The notes beneath the pieces were generated by a model. It had not been told where the DNA came from. It saw only the letters and a program-made list of their open reading frames with translations, and searched no databases. The translations under genes were made by a program, and so were the position numbers. Positions 23,728-33,600 of a DNA stretch of 64,000 bases are shown in pieces (within the stretch, counting starts at the first letter, position 1; each line of letters opens with the position of its first letter). Origin of the DNA: an uncultured Actinomycetota bacterium (GTDB taxonomy: Bacteria; Actinomycetota; Actinomycetes; Streptosporangiales; Streptosporangiaceae); the NCBI GenBank assembly GCA_963843745.1, contig CAWJLP010000005.1, positions 214,014 through 278,013 of the forward strand, given 5' to 3'.

Positions 23728-24458
23728 CTAGCTGGTGGGACCGAAGCGCTCGGTCTTGACCGCCGCGGGGTCGTGGCCGGCGGCCACCAGCAGGTTGGCG
23801 GCGGCCTCCACGAAACCGGTCGGGCCGCAGACGAAGACGGCCGGCTTGCTGTCCGGCGGCCAGCCCGCCGCGGCGAGGATGTCCGTGTTGATGCGGCCGA
23901 CGGGCATGCCCGCGGGCGCGGCCCGGGTGTACAGGTAGGTGAGGGTGAGGGGTGAAACACGGGCCCGTTCTGACAACTCGGGACCGTACAGGATGTCGGC
24001 GGGAGAGCGGACCGAATAGATCAGCCGGACGGGAACCTTGTTCGTGTTCGCGCGGATCATGGCCATCAGCGGGACCACGCCGCTGCCGCCGGCCACCAGC
24101 AGGACCGGCGCCGGCGAGGACGGGTCCCAGACGAACCAGCCGCCGATCGGGCCGCGCAGCTCCAGCTTGTCGCCGGGCTGCAGATCCTCGGTCAGGTACG
24201 GGGAGACCTCGCCGTCGCCGATGCGCTGCACGGTGAGCTCGAGGCGGGTCCCGTCAGCCGCGGAGGCGACCGAGTACGAGCGCTCCACGGAGTAGCCGTC
24301 CTCGGCGGTCAGCTTCACGTCCACGTGCTGGCCGGCCAGGTGACCGGGCCAGCCGGGCACGTCGAGCACGAGGGTGCGCGCGGTCGCGGTCTCGTCTTTG
24401 GTCGCGTCGACGGTGGCGACGCGCCAGATCAGTCGCCCTGGTACCGCTGCTCGCGCCA
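23728..24458 (-). CDS. FNR-like ferredoxin reductase-type FAD/NAD(P)-binding oxidoreductase
   Basis: Lies within ORF 23728..24786; the likely GTG start is at 24458 (MARAAVPGRLIWRVATVD). The motifs are RSYSVAS (FAD RxYS), VLLVAGGSGVVPLMAM (NAD) and a CGP near the C-terminus. Confidence 0.8.
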
Positions 24459-25028
24459 CGGATCGCCGTAGTCGTTGTAGCCGAGCTGCTCCCAGAAGCC
24501 CTGCTGGTCGTGGAGCATCAGGGTTATGCCGTTGACCCACTTCGCGGACTTCCAGAAGTACAGGTGCGGCACCAGCATGCGGATCGGCCCGCCGTGCTCC
24601 GGGTGCAGCGGCTCGCCCTCGTACTCGTAGACCACCCACGCCTTCCCGTCGCGTATGTCGGGCAGCGGCAGGTTCGTGGTGTAGCCGCCGTAGGAGTGGG
24701 CCATCACGTAGCCGGCGTTCGTCTGGACGCCGTCGAGCAGTGTGTCGAGCGAGACACCGCGCCAGTGCGTGTCCAGCTTGGACCACTTCGTCACGCAGTG
24801 GATGTCGGTGGTGACGTCCACCTGCGGCAGGGCCATGAGCTGCTGCCAGTTCCAGCTGGCGGCCTTGTCACCGGTCTCGGTGGTGATCGTGAACTGCCAC
24901 GTGTCGGTGCTCACACGGGGCGTCGGGCCGGCGGACAGCACCGGGTAGCCGCGCTCCAGGTACTGGCCGGGAGGCAGCCGCACGTCGCCGCCCCTGCGGC
25001 CGTGGAAGCCGCGGGAGATAATGCTCAT
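24429..25028 (-). CDS. Sulfite-oxidase-like molybdopterin oxidoreductase (small YedY/MsrP-like catalytic domain)
   Basis: LPPGQYLERGYPVLSAGPTPRV...DIHCVTKWSKLDTHWRGVSL...PEHGGPIRMLVPHLYFWKSAKWV is the typical oxidoreductase molybdopterin-binding fold signature. Confidence 0.8.
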   Translation of the reverse strand: MSIISRGFHGRRGGDVRLPPGQYLERGYPVLSAGPTPRVSTDTWQFTITTETGDKAASWNWQQLMALPQVDVTTDIHCVTKWSKLDTHWRGVSLDTLLDGVQTNAGYVMAHSYGGYTTNLPLPDIRDGKAWVVYEYEGEPLHPEHGGPIRMLVPHLYFWKSAKWVNGITLMLHDQQGFWEQLGYNDYGDPWREQRYQGD

Positions 25029-25378
25029 GGGTTGAGCTTAGCCCGCCAGTCCCGCGGCACCCGGCCGGCCGGGCCGGGGACCGGCTGGTCCATCGGGTGG
25101 TGCTCCGGCGGGGCGAGCGCCGGGCCGGATTCGTAGAAGTCCTCGTCCGGGTAGGACCAGAACCAGACCTCGCCAGGCTCAAAGCTGCGGATCACCGGGT
25201 GACCGGTCTCCTTCGCGTGGTTGGTCGCGTGCTGGGACGGCGAGTTGTCGCAGCAGCCGATGTGGCCGCACTGCGCGCACCGGCGCAGGTGCAGCCACCA
25301 GCCTTGAGCCGCTTCGCACTCGACGCAGCCGGTGCCGCTCGGCGGCACGGACGGGTCGACGCCCTGCATCTCGGTCAT
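25025..25378 (-). CDS. UBP-type zinc-finger protein
   Basis: The Cys/His pattern is CVECEAAQGWWLHLRRCAQCGHIGCCDNSPSQHATNHAKETGHPV. Confidence 0.8.
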   Translation of the reverse strand: MTEMQGVDPSVPPSGTGCVECEAAQGWWLHLRRCAQCGHIGCCDNSPSQHATNHAKETGHPVIRSFEPGEVWFWSYPDEDFYESGPALAPPEHHPMDQPVPGPAGRVPRDWRAKLNP

Positions 25379-25381
25379 CGG

Positions 25382-26875
25382 TTACGCCTCCTGCGGTTGC
25401 TGTTGCGGCTGTTCCGGCTGTTCTTGCTCGATGGGGAGCCGGACCTGGAAGCGGGTGTCGCCGGGCCGCGACTCGACCCGCAGGTCGCCGTGGTGCTTTT
25501 TCACCACGATCCGCCAGGCGATGTCCAGGCCGAGCCCGGTGCCCTCGCCGACCGGCTTGGTGGTGAAGAACGGCTCGAAGATCCGGTCCTTGATGTCGTC
25601 AGGGATGCCGGGGCCGTTATCGCCCACCTCGACGAGCACGTTGCCGTCGTCGCGCGCCGTGCGGATGGTCAGCGTGCCCGCCCCGCCCATCGCCTGCACC
25701 GCGTTCTCGATCAGGTTCGTCCACACCTGGTTGAGCTCGGCGGCGTAGGCCGGGATCGGCGGCAGCGAGCGGTCGTAGTCCTTGACGATGTGCACTCCCT
25801 TGCCGATCTTCGCTGCCATCATCAGCAGGGTGCTGTCCAGCAGGTCGTGCACGTCGATGACCTGGAACGGCGCCCGGTCCAGCTGCGAGTACTGCTTGGC
25901 GGCGCCGACCAGGGTGGAGACCCGCGTCGTCGCGTCCTCGATCTCGTTCATCAGCAGTTCGGTCTCGATGGTGTAGTTCAGCCAGCGCAGCGCGGGCTCG
26001 AGCATGCCGTCACCAACCGTGTCCCGCACCTCGTCCAGCCACTGGGCGTCCAGGCCCGCCTGGACGAACGTGGGGGCGATCTGCCAGCCGTCGTGGCAGC
26101 CGTGGTCCTCCAGCCAGTCGCTGAGCTCGTCTTCCGCGTCGGACGTCTCGAGCGGGCTGAGCTTCGGCGCCTTGGAGACCTTCTCCACCGCCCGCGTCTG
26201 CAGGTCGATGATGGATTCCAGGCTCGCGCGCTCGAACTTGCCCGCCGCTATCATCCGCAGCTTGCCGCGCATCCCCGAGACCCGCTCGCGCAGGCTGGCG
26301 GTCGCCCGCACCGCCGCGGCGGCGGGGTTGTTGAGCTCGTGGGTCAGGCCCGCGGTCAGCGAGCCGAGCGCGAGCAGCCGCTCCCGCTGGCCGACCGCCT
26401 CGCGGGTCCGCTGGCCGCCGAAGAACAGCCCCTCGAGCAGGTGCACCGCCATCGGGAACCACTCGGACATGATCTGCGCGAAGCACTGCGCGCCGAGGAC
26501 GTAGAACGTGGACGGCTCGGTGACCCGCAGCGAGTTGGGGTAGACCTGCGGCACCCGGTCCCCGAGGTAGGCCTGGAACGAGCCGGCGTAGACGCCCCGC
26601 TGGCTGGTCCTGCTGATCTCAACGTCGTCCCCGCCGACGTTCCGCGACAGCACCACGGTGCCCTCGATGAGCACGTACAGGCACTCGGCGGGGTCGCCCT
26701 CGCGGAACACCTGGCCGGGCTCGATGATCTCCACGTGGCCTTCGGCGCAGAGCCGTTGCAGCTGCTCGTCCGTGAGCTTCTCGAACAGGAACAGCGTGCG
26801 CAGTTCCGCCGGGTTGCACTGGGTGATCGTGACGCGGGGGGCGTCGGGGACGCCGGTGGCTTCGGTGGCGGTCAT
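25382..26875 (-). CDS. Sensor histidine kinase with an N-terminal cyclic-nucleotide-binding domain (soluble)
   Basis: It has a cNMP-binding-like N-terminus (LFLFEKLTDEQLQRLCAEGHVEIIEPGQVFREGDPAECLYVLIEGTV), an H-box (LTHELNNPAAA), an N-box (NLIENAVQA) and a G-box (DNGPGIP...GTGLGLDIA). There are no TM segments. Confidence 0.88.
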   Translation of the reverse strand: MTATEATGVPDAPRVTITQCNPAELRTLFLFEKLTDEQLQRLCAEGHVEIIEPGQVFREGDPAECLYVLIEGTVVLSRNVGGDDVEISRTSQRGVYAGSFQAYLGDRVPQVYPNSLRVTEPSTFYVLGAQCFAQIMSEWFPMAVHLLEGLFFGGQRTREAVGQRERLLALGSLTAGLTHELNNPAAAAVRATASLRERVSGMRGKLRMIAAGKFERASLESIIDLQTRAVEKVSKAPKLSPLETSDAEDELSDWLEDHGCHDGWQIAPTFVQAGLDAQWLDEVRDTVGDGMLEPALRWLNYTIETELLMNEIEDATTRVSTLVGAAKQYSQLDRAPFQVIDVHDLLDSTLLMMAAKIGKGVHIVKDYDRSLPPIPAYAAELNQVWTNLIENAVQAMGGAGTLTIRTARDDGNVLVEVGDNGPGIPDDIKDRIFEPFFTTKPVGEGTGLGLDIAWRIVVKKHHGDLRVESRPGDTRFQVRLPIEQEQPEQPQQQPQEA

Positions 26876-28596
26876 TTTGGCTCCAGGTACCTGTGCACGA
26901 ACATCACTGCCATGGCTCCCTCTCCCACGGCGGACGCGACCCGCTTGGCGGACTCGGCCCGCACGTCACCCACGGCGAAGACCCCGGGGACGTTTGTCTC
27001 CAGGTGGAACGGCTGCCGGTCCAGCGGCCATTCGGCGAGGTGATCCTCGGTCAGGTCCAGCCCGGCCAGGACGAACCCGCGCTCGTCGCGGGCCACCACG
27101 CCGTCGAGCCAGCCGGTCCTCGGCGCCGCTCCGATGAATATGAACAACTGTCCGGCGTCGACTGTTTCCAGGCTCCCGGTGTTCAGGTCGCGCAGCTCGA
27201 GCCGTTCCAGGTGGCCGTCGCCCTGCACCTCGGCGACCTCGGTGCAGGTGCGGACGGTGATCTGGTCGATGTCCGCGATCTGCTGGATGAGGTAGTACGA
27301 CATCGACTGCTCGAGCGAGCCCGCGCGCACCAGCATCGTCACCGACCTCGCGTACCTGGCCAGGTAGACGGCGGCCTGCCCGGCCGAGTTCGCGCCGCCG
27401 ACCACGTACACGTCCTGGTCCTTGCAGCCCTCGGCCTCGGTGAGCGCCGCGCCGTAGAAGACGCCGGCGTTCTGCATCTGGTCGCAGCCCGGCGCGTTCA
27501 GCTGCCGGTAGGAGACGCCGGTGGCCAGGATGATCGACTTCGCGTCGACCGCGGACCCGTCGTTGAGCCGCACGGTCCTGGCCGGGCCGTTGATCTCCAG
27601 CCCGGTCGCCTCGCGGGTGGTCAGCAGCTCGGCGCCGAACTTGACGGCCTGCCGCCGAGCCCGGTCGGTGAGCTGGCCGCCGGACACCCCTTCAGGGAAG
27701 CCGAGGTAGTTCTCGATCCGCGAGCTCTGCCCCGCCTGCCCGCCGGTCGCGAACTTCTCGACGAGCAGCGTGCGCAGCCCCTCGGAGGCGCCGTAGACGG
27801 CGGCGCCGAGCCCGCCGGGCCCGCCGCCGACCACGACCAGGTCGTAGAAGTCGCGCTCCGGGGTGGTCGCCAGCCCCACCTTCGCCGCGACCTCGGCGCT
27901 GCTCGGCATGATGAGGGCCTCACCGTCGACCGTGATCAGCACCGGCAGGTGGTGGCCGTCCGTGCCGGCGGCATCGAGCAGGCGCTGTCCTTCCGGCTCG
28001 TCGCTCGAGAACCAGTGGTAAGGCACCTGGTTGCGGGCCAGGAAGTCGCGCAGCTGCGACGACGGCGCCGACCAGCGGTGCCCGACCAGCTTGGCCTCCC
28101 TGACCGGCTTCCTTTCCTCCCGGCGCCAGGCGCCGAGCAGTTCGTCCACCGGCGGGTAGAGCTTCTCCTCCGGCGGGTCCCAGGGCTTGAGCAGGTAGTA
28201 GTCGAGGTCGACGATGTTGATCGCGTCGATCGCCGCGTTGGTGTCCGCGTACGCGGTCAGCAGCACCCGTTTGGCGAACGGGTAGACGTCCATCGCCCGC
28301 TCGAGGAACTCGATGCCGTTCATGCCCGGCATCCGGTAGTCCGCCAGGATGACCGCGACCTGGTCGCCGCGGAGCTTCATCTGCCTCAGCGCGTCGAGGG
28401 CGTCCTGGCCCGACTCGGCGCGCACGATCCTGTTGTTCTCCCCGTACCGCCGCCGCAGGTCGCGCGCGACCGCGCGGGACACCTGCGGATCGTCGTCCAC
28501 GGTCACGATGACCGGGCGTGTCTCCTGGCTTGGCTGGCTGGGGGCCTGGGCGGCCGCGTCCGCCGCGGTCGTCGGTTCCGTGACCATGCCCCCCAT
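26872..28596 (-). CDS. Response-regulator receiver domain fused to a thioredoxin-reductase-like FAD/NAD(P) flavoprotein
   Basis: Lies within ORF 26872..29163; the likely start is ATG 28596 or 28587. REC: VIVTVDDDPQV...VILADYRMPGMNG...LLKP. Flavoprotein: DLVVVGGGPGGLGAA...VYVVGGANSAGQAA...GVFAVGDV. The position of the TrxR CATC disulfide reads YGAALTE. Confidence 0.88.
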   Translation of the reverse strand: MGGMVTEPTTAADAAAQAPSQPSQETRPVIVTVDDDPQVSRAVARDLRRRYGENNRIVRAESGQDALDALRQMKLRGDQVAVILADYRMPGMNGIEFLERAMDVYPFAKRVLLTAYADTNAAIDAINIVDLDYYLLKPWDPPEEKLYPPVDELLGAWRREERKPVREAKLVGHRWSAPSSQLRDFLARNQVPYHWFSSDEPEGQRLLDAAGTDGHHLPVLITVDGEALIMPSSAEVAAKVGLATTPERDFYDLVVVGGGPGGLGAAVYGASEGLRTLLVEKFATGGQAGQSSRIENYLGFPEGVSGGQLTDRARRQAVKFGAELLTTREATGLEINGPARTVRLNDGSAVDAKSIILATGVSYRQLNAPGCDQMQNAGVFYGAALTEAEGCKDQDVYVVGGANSAGQAAVYLARYARSVTMLVRAGSLEQSMSYYLIQQIADIDQITVRTCTEVAEVQGDGHLERLELRDLNTGSLETVDAGQLFIFIGAAPRTGWLDGVVARDERGFVLAGLDLTEDHLAEWPLDRQPFHLETNVPGVFAVGDVRAESAKRVASAVGEGAMAVMFVHRYLEPK

Positions 28597-28613
28597 CGTA
28601 AGCCGGGGTACAG

Positions 28614-29534
28614 CTAATATCCCCGGGGGCCGATGACGTTCCGCAGCGGTTCGCCAGCGGCGTAGCGGGCCAGCTGCTCCCTGACGACCGCGTAGGCGCG
28701 GTCGCGCGCCCCGGTGATGGCGCCGCCGACGTGCGGGGTGAGCAGCAAGCCGGGCGCCTGCCACAGCGGGTGGCCCGGCGGCAGCGGCTCGGGGTCCGTG
28801 ACGTCGAGCGCGGCCGTGATGCGCTGGGCGGTGAGCTCCTTCAGCAGCGCGTCGGTGTCCACGATCGGGCCGCGGGCCGCGTTCACCAGCAGCGCGCCGT
28901 CCTTCATGCTGCGCAGGAACTTCGCGTCGACGAGGTGCCTGGTCTCGTCGGTGACCGGGAGGAGTATGACGACGACGTCCGCCTGCTCGAGCGCCTCGTG
29001 CAGTTCCGTGATGGGCCGCACGCCTTCCCTGGCGTGCCGCGCGATCCGCTCGATCGTCACCTCCCAGCCGGCCAGCCGCCGCTCGACCGCGGCGCCGATC
29101 GAGCCGTAGCCGACGATCAGCACGCGCTTGCCGGCCACGGATTCGCTGACCGCGAAATCCCACTCCCCGGCTTCCTGCGCCCTGACGAAGCGAGGGAAGT
29201 TCCTGATGCTGGCCACGATGAGGCCCACCGTCAACTCCGCGGTCGCCGTGTCGTGCGCGCCGCGCGCGTTGCAGAGGGTGATGCCCGCGGGGATGTGGCC
29301 GACGATCTGCTCGGCGCCGGCGGACAAGAGCTGGATGACCTTCAGCTTGGGCAGGCCGGTGACCGCCGACAGCAGGGCCGGCCGCGAGCCCATGGGCAGG
29401 ACGATGAACTCGACCTCGTCCTTGCTGCCCGGCAGCGGCTCACCGCCGGCCCAGACGTCGGCTTCGATGCCGTCGGGCAGGGGTTGCAGGGATGCTACGG
29501 TCTCCGGTGGATCGGGCAGCCATACCCGCGTCAC
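28614..29534 (-). CDS. D-isomer-specific 2-hydroxyacid dehydrogenase family protein
   Basis: The motifs are an NAD-binding VLIVGYGSIGAAV, ...NAARG..VD... and the catalytic LLTPHVGG region. Confidence 0.85.
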   Translation of the reverse strand: MTRVWLPDPPETVASLQPLPDGIEADVWAGGEPLPGSKDEVEFIVLPMGSRPALLSAVTGLPKLKVIQLLSAGAEQIVGHIPAGITLCNARGAHDTATAELTVGLIVASIRNFPRFVRAQEAGEWDFAVSESVAGKRVLIVGYGSIGAAVERRLAGWEVTIERIARHAREGVRPITELHEALEQADVVVILLPVTDETRHLVDAKFLRSMKDGALLVNAARGPIVDTDALLKELTAQRITAALDVTDPEPLPPGHPLWQAPGLLLTPHVGGAITGARDRAYAVVREQLARYAAGEPLRNVIGPRGY

Positions 29535-29584
29535 GTCGCCTCCGCCTGATAGCTCGCTAGGCCCGTTGTTTGCCGGCTGCCAGT

Positions 29585-29926
29585 TTAGAGGCCGAACTCG
29601 GCCCGCCTGCCGTCCGGTACCAGGTCCGCGTATTCGGGGTGCTTGCGGATCCAGGAACGGATGTACGGGCAGGAGGGCAGCACGGCCAGGTCCCGCTTCC
29701 TGGCGTCGTCGAGGCTGAACCTGGCCAGGTGCGTGGCCAGCCCGGCGCCCTGGAACCGGGGATCGATCTCCGTGTGGATCAGGGTGATCTGCTGGCCGCG
29801 CAGGTGGTACCTGACGAAACCCGCGAGTTCGCCGCCAAGGTGCAGCTCGTACCTGGACTCCGCGGGGTTGTCGGTGGCAACCGGGGCGCTGTCCGCCGCG
29901 TCCCCGGCGGCGTCCGCTACCGCCAC
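29585..29926 (-). CDS. Small GNAT-fold acetyltransferase (YjdJ/acetyltransf_CG-like)
   Basis: Lies within ORF 29585..30046; the likely GTG start is at 29926. The core is RYELHLGGELAGFVRYHLRGQQITLIHTEIDPRFQGAGLATHLARFSLDDARKRDLAVLPSCPYI. Confidence 0.7.
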   Translation of the reverse strand: MAVADAAGDAADSAPVATDNPAESRYELHLGGELAGFVRYHLRGQQITLIHTEIDPRFQGAGLATHLARFSLDDARKRDLAVLPSCPYIRSWIRKHPEYADLVPDGRRAEFGL

Positions 29927-30399
29927 GCGCCCGCGGGAACGCGCGCTCCGGCGCCGACCGGGAGCGCCTCCTGCGCGACGCTGATCACGACCACCGGGCA
30001 CGGGGCGCGGCGCAGGCACGCGCGGATCACCGGGCCAGGCGACCATCCCGCGCCCGGCATGTCGCCAGCGGTCCCGAGGACCAGCATGTCCGCCCCCGCG
30101 CAGCTCTCGAGCAGCACGCGCGCGGTGAGCCCGTCGGCTACCTCGGTGCGGACCAGCACGCCCGCCGCGAGCTCAGGGAGCACTGACTTCCACATCATGT
30201 CCGCGTCCACGTCGCCCGGGTAACCCTGGCCGGGCATCGCGTAGCTGGCCATGCTGTAATACGGCGCCTCCCGGACATAGATCGCGTGCACTTCCGCGCG
30301 GCGCAGCGCTGCCTCACGGCAAGCCCAGCGGAGCGCGGCGGCGGATTCAGCAGAGCCGTCAACTCCGACCACAATGCGCCGCACCGCAGAAACCGACAT
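29917..30399 (-). CDS. Universal stress protein (UspA family)
   Basis: ATG 30399 follows AGGAGGGG. The motifs are RIVVGVDGSAESAAALRWA...MLVLGTAG...GPVIRACLRRAPCPVVVI. Confidence 0.85.
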   Translation of the reverse strand: MSVSAVRRIVVGVDGSAESAAALRWACREAALRRAEVHAIYVREAPYYSMASYAMPGQGYPGDVDADMMWKSVLPELAAGVLVRTEVADGLTARVLLESCAGADMLVLGTAGDMPGAGWSPGPVIRACLRRAPCPVVVISVAQEALPVGAGARVPAGAWR

Positions 30400-30694
30400 G
30401 CCGGAACCCCTCCTGCCGATAGCCGCCTGACGCTGCCTGTCCGCTGTCCCCACCGCGGTTAGTCAGGGGTTTCGTTCGTTTTTGTAGCCTCCCAAGGACC
30501 GATGGTAAACCGGGGACCGGGATAGCACGAGACCCCCCCGGGGTTATTTTCCCAGGTGGCCACCGGGCAATCGAGCGCTATGTAACGACTCCATGCACAT
30601 TGCGTTAAATATGATTTCGGTCTCCTGAACGGGCCCGTGGCGTCTCCCGGCCGCCATGGTTCGCCCGCGGCGGATGTCCCCGGTTAGCCCGCTG

Positions 30695-33600
30695 CTAGCC
30701 CGCGGTGACCGTGACGTGGCTGCCGTGGTGGCCCTTGCGGACGTGCACCTGGGCGGGGATGCGCTGGCGGAGTTCGGCGACGTGGCTGACGATGCCCACG
30801 ATCCGGCCGCCGGCCCGCAGGCCGTCGAGGACGTTCATCACCTCGTCGAGCGTGTCCTCGTCCAGGGTGCCGAAGCCCTCGTCCACGAACAGCGCCTCCA
30901 TCGGGGTGCCCGCCGCCTCGGCGGTCACCACGTCGGCAAGGCCGAGCGCGAGCGCGAGGCTGGCCAGGAACGTCTCGCCGCCGGACAGCGTGCTCGTGTC
31001 GCGGTCGACTCCGGTCCACGCGTCGCAGGCCAGCAGCCCGAGCCCCGCCTTGCCGCCGCCGCGGCGGGTGTCGGTGTGCACCAGGGTGAAACGGCCCGCG
31101 GTCATGGTCCGCAGGCGCTCGCTCGCGGCCTTGGCGACCTCCTCGAGGCGTGCGGCGAGGACGAAGCTGGACAGGGTCATGCGGTACTGGTTGGCGCCGA
31201 GGCCGGCGGCGAGGTCGGCCAGCTGGCGCGCCTCCTCGGCGCGCTCGCGGAGCGGCGCGAGGGCGGCGAGCGCGTCCTCGAGCTGCGGCTTGAGCCCGGC
31301 GAGTTGCACGGCGGTGTGGCTGGCGGTGCCGTGCGCGCTGTTGGCGGCGTCGTGCTCCCGCTGCGCCTGGCCGGCCGCTTCCGTCGTCTCGGCGACGGGC
31401 GCGGGCGGGTCGAGCTCGACGTCAAGTGCGGGGTCGGCGAGCAGCACGGCGACGGCCTCGGCTTCCGCCTCGTGCCGGGCGACGCGGTCGGCCGCGTCGC
31501 GGCGCCACGCGGCGTCCTTGAACGCGGCCCTGGCGGCGTCGGGTGCGCCGAAACCCGCCTCGGCCGTGGCCTTGACCGCGCGTTCGGCCGCCTCGTGCGC
31601 CTCGGCGGCGGCGCGCGCGGCCTCGTCGGCCGCGTCGGCGGCCGCGGCGAGCGACTCGGCGAGCAGGCGGGTGCTCCGTACGGCCGCGTCCAGGTCGGGG
31701 GCGGCGCCGAGCTGGGCGCGGATCTTGGCCCGGTGCTCCCCGGCGCGGGCGGCCGCGCCCGCGGCCTCCGCATGGGCGGCGGCGTGCTTCTCGGTCAGCT
31801 CGGCCAGCCTGGCGTTACCGGCAGCGATGGCGGCGTCGAGGGCCTCCAGCTCGCGCTGGCGGACAGGGTGGGTCCCGGCATGCGCTGCGAGGGCGGCGGC
31901 GTCCGTTTCGAGCCGGCCAGCGTCGGCCGCCGCCTGGCGGGCGGCGGCGGCGAGGGCCGCGGAGCCGGCGACCTGGGCGGCCTCCGCCGAGAACGGGCCA
32001 GCCGGCAGCAGGGCGAGCGCGCCGTCGTCGGTGGCGAGCGAGCCGGGAAAGCCCGCGTCCGCCAGGCGCTGCGCGAGGTCGCCGATCCGCGCGTCGGCCG
32101 CTGCCACGTGCCTGCCGAGCTCGTCGGCCTCGGCCGACGCCGCTTCCGCGCGCACGGTGGCGGCGTCCTCCTGGTCGCGGCTGACCGGCTCGAAGGTGGG
32201 CTCGACCGGGTCCGGGTGATCGAGCGAGCCGCACACCGGGCACGGCGAGCCGTCGGTCATCGTCGCTGCCAGTTCGGCGCGCATGCCATCGATGCGCGCC
32301 TCCCGCACGGCGCTGGCCTCCTCGCGGCGGGTCACGGCCCGCTCGCGGGCGCCCAGGTGCGCCTCGTGCACCCGGTCCCTGTCGGCACGCTCGGCCGCCA
32401 GGGCGGCCGAGTCGGCCGCGACGCGGCGGGCGGTATCGGCCGCGGCCTGCGCGGCCGGCAGCGCGGCAACCGCTTGGTCGGCGTCGTCGCGGGCCTGGGC
32501 CGCCGCCGGGCGGGCGGCCCGGTGGCCGGCCGCCGCGGCCTGCGCCGCGGATAGCGCCAGCTCGAACTCGGCCACGTTGTCGAGCGCCGCCGCCGCGTTC
32601 TCCTCTTCGTCCGCGGCCTGGCTGGCGTCGGCGCGCAGGCCGTCCAGCATGCCGAGCCGGGACTGCTGCTCCTGTCCCGCGGCCCGCAGCGCCCCCGGGC
32701 CGGCGTCCGGCGCCGCGGGGCTGTCGTCAGGGATCGCCGCGCGAGCCTGCTCCTCGGCGCGGCATGCCGCCGCGGCCGCGGCCGCGGCACGGCCGGCCTC
32801 GGCGAGCACCGGGGCGACCTCGGCGGCGCGCGAAGCGGCGTCGGCCGCGGCGCGCAGCAGGTCGGTCTCACCGGCGGCGGCTTCGAGTTCCGCTTGCCGG
32901 TGGAGGGTGTCCCGGCGGCGGCGCTGGCGCTCGGCGAGCTGCTCGGCCAGGCTCTTGGCGGCCAGTGCCGTGTCGAGCTGGGCCTTGGCCGCCGCGACGA
33001 CCGTCGCGGCGGCGTCCCGTTCGGCGGCGGCGGAGACCGCCAGGTCCGCCACCCACACCGCCTGCCACGGGTCAGGCGCGCCGGCCGGCGCGTCCATCGT
33101 CTCGGGGACCGCGACGCCGGCGGCCTGGGCGACCTGGGCCACCAGGAGATTCACCCGGTCGGCGGCGACCGTCACCTCGGCGGTCGTGGCGCGGCGGCGC
33201 TCTGCCAGCCAGTCTTCGACGGCGCGGAACCTGTCGGTGCCGAACAGCTTCTGCAGCAGCCGCGCCCTGGCCTCGGCGTCGGCGTGCAGGAACTGCGCGA
33301 ACTGGCCCTGCGGGAGGAGCACTACCTGGAAGAACTGCTCGGCGGACATGCCCATCAGGTCCGCGATCTCGGTGTCGGCCTCGCCGATGCGGGTGGATTT
33401 GACCTCCCAGTCCCCGGCCGGGGTCAGCTCGGCGAGCAGCACCGACGCCTGCTCCTTGGTCACGCCGGTGCCCGACTTCTTCGGGCGCTCCTGTTCCGGC
33501 TTGCGGGTGATCCGCAGTCGCCGGCCGCCGATCGTGGCCTCGAGCTCCACCTCGGTACGGACGCCGGCCGGCGCGTGGTCGGACCTGAGCCTGCGCGTCT

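Noticed and set aside
30400-30694. A DosR-type box or riboswitch in the lower-GC region upstream of the USP gene.
   Set aside because: I found only weak half-matches (for example GGGGACAGCGGACAG on the minus strand) and no clean GGGAC-N4-GTCCC. I recognise no conserved riboswitch core.
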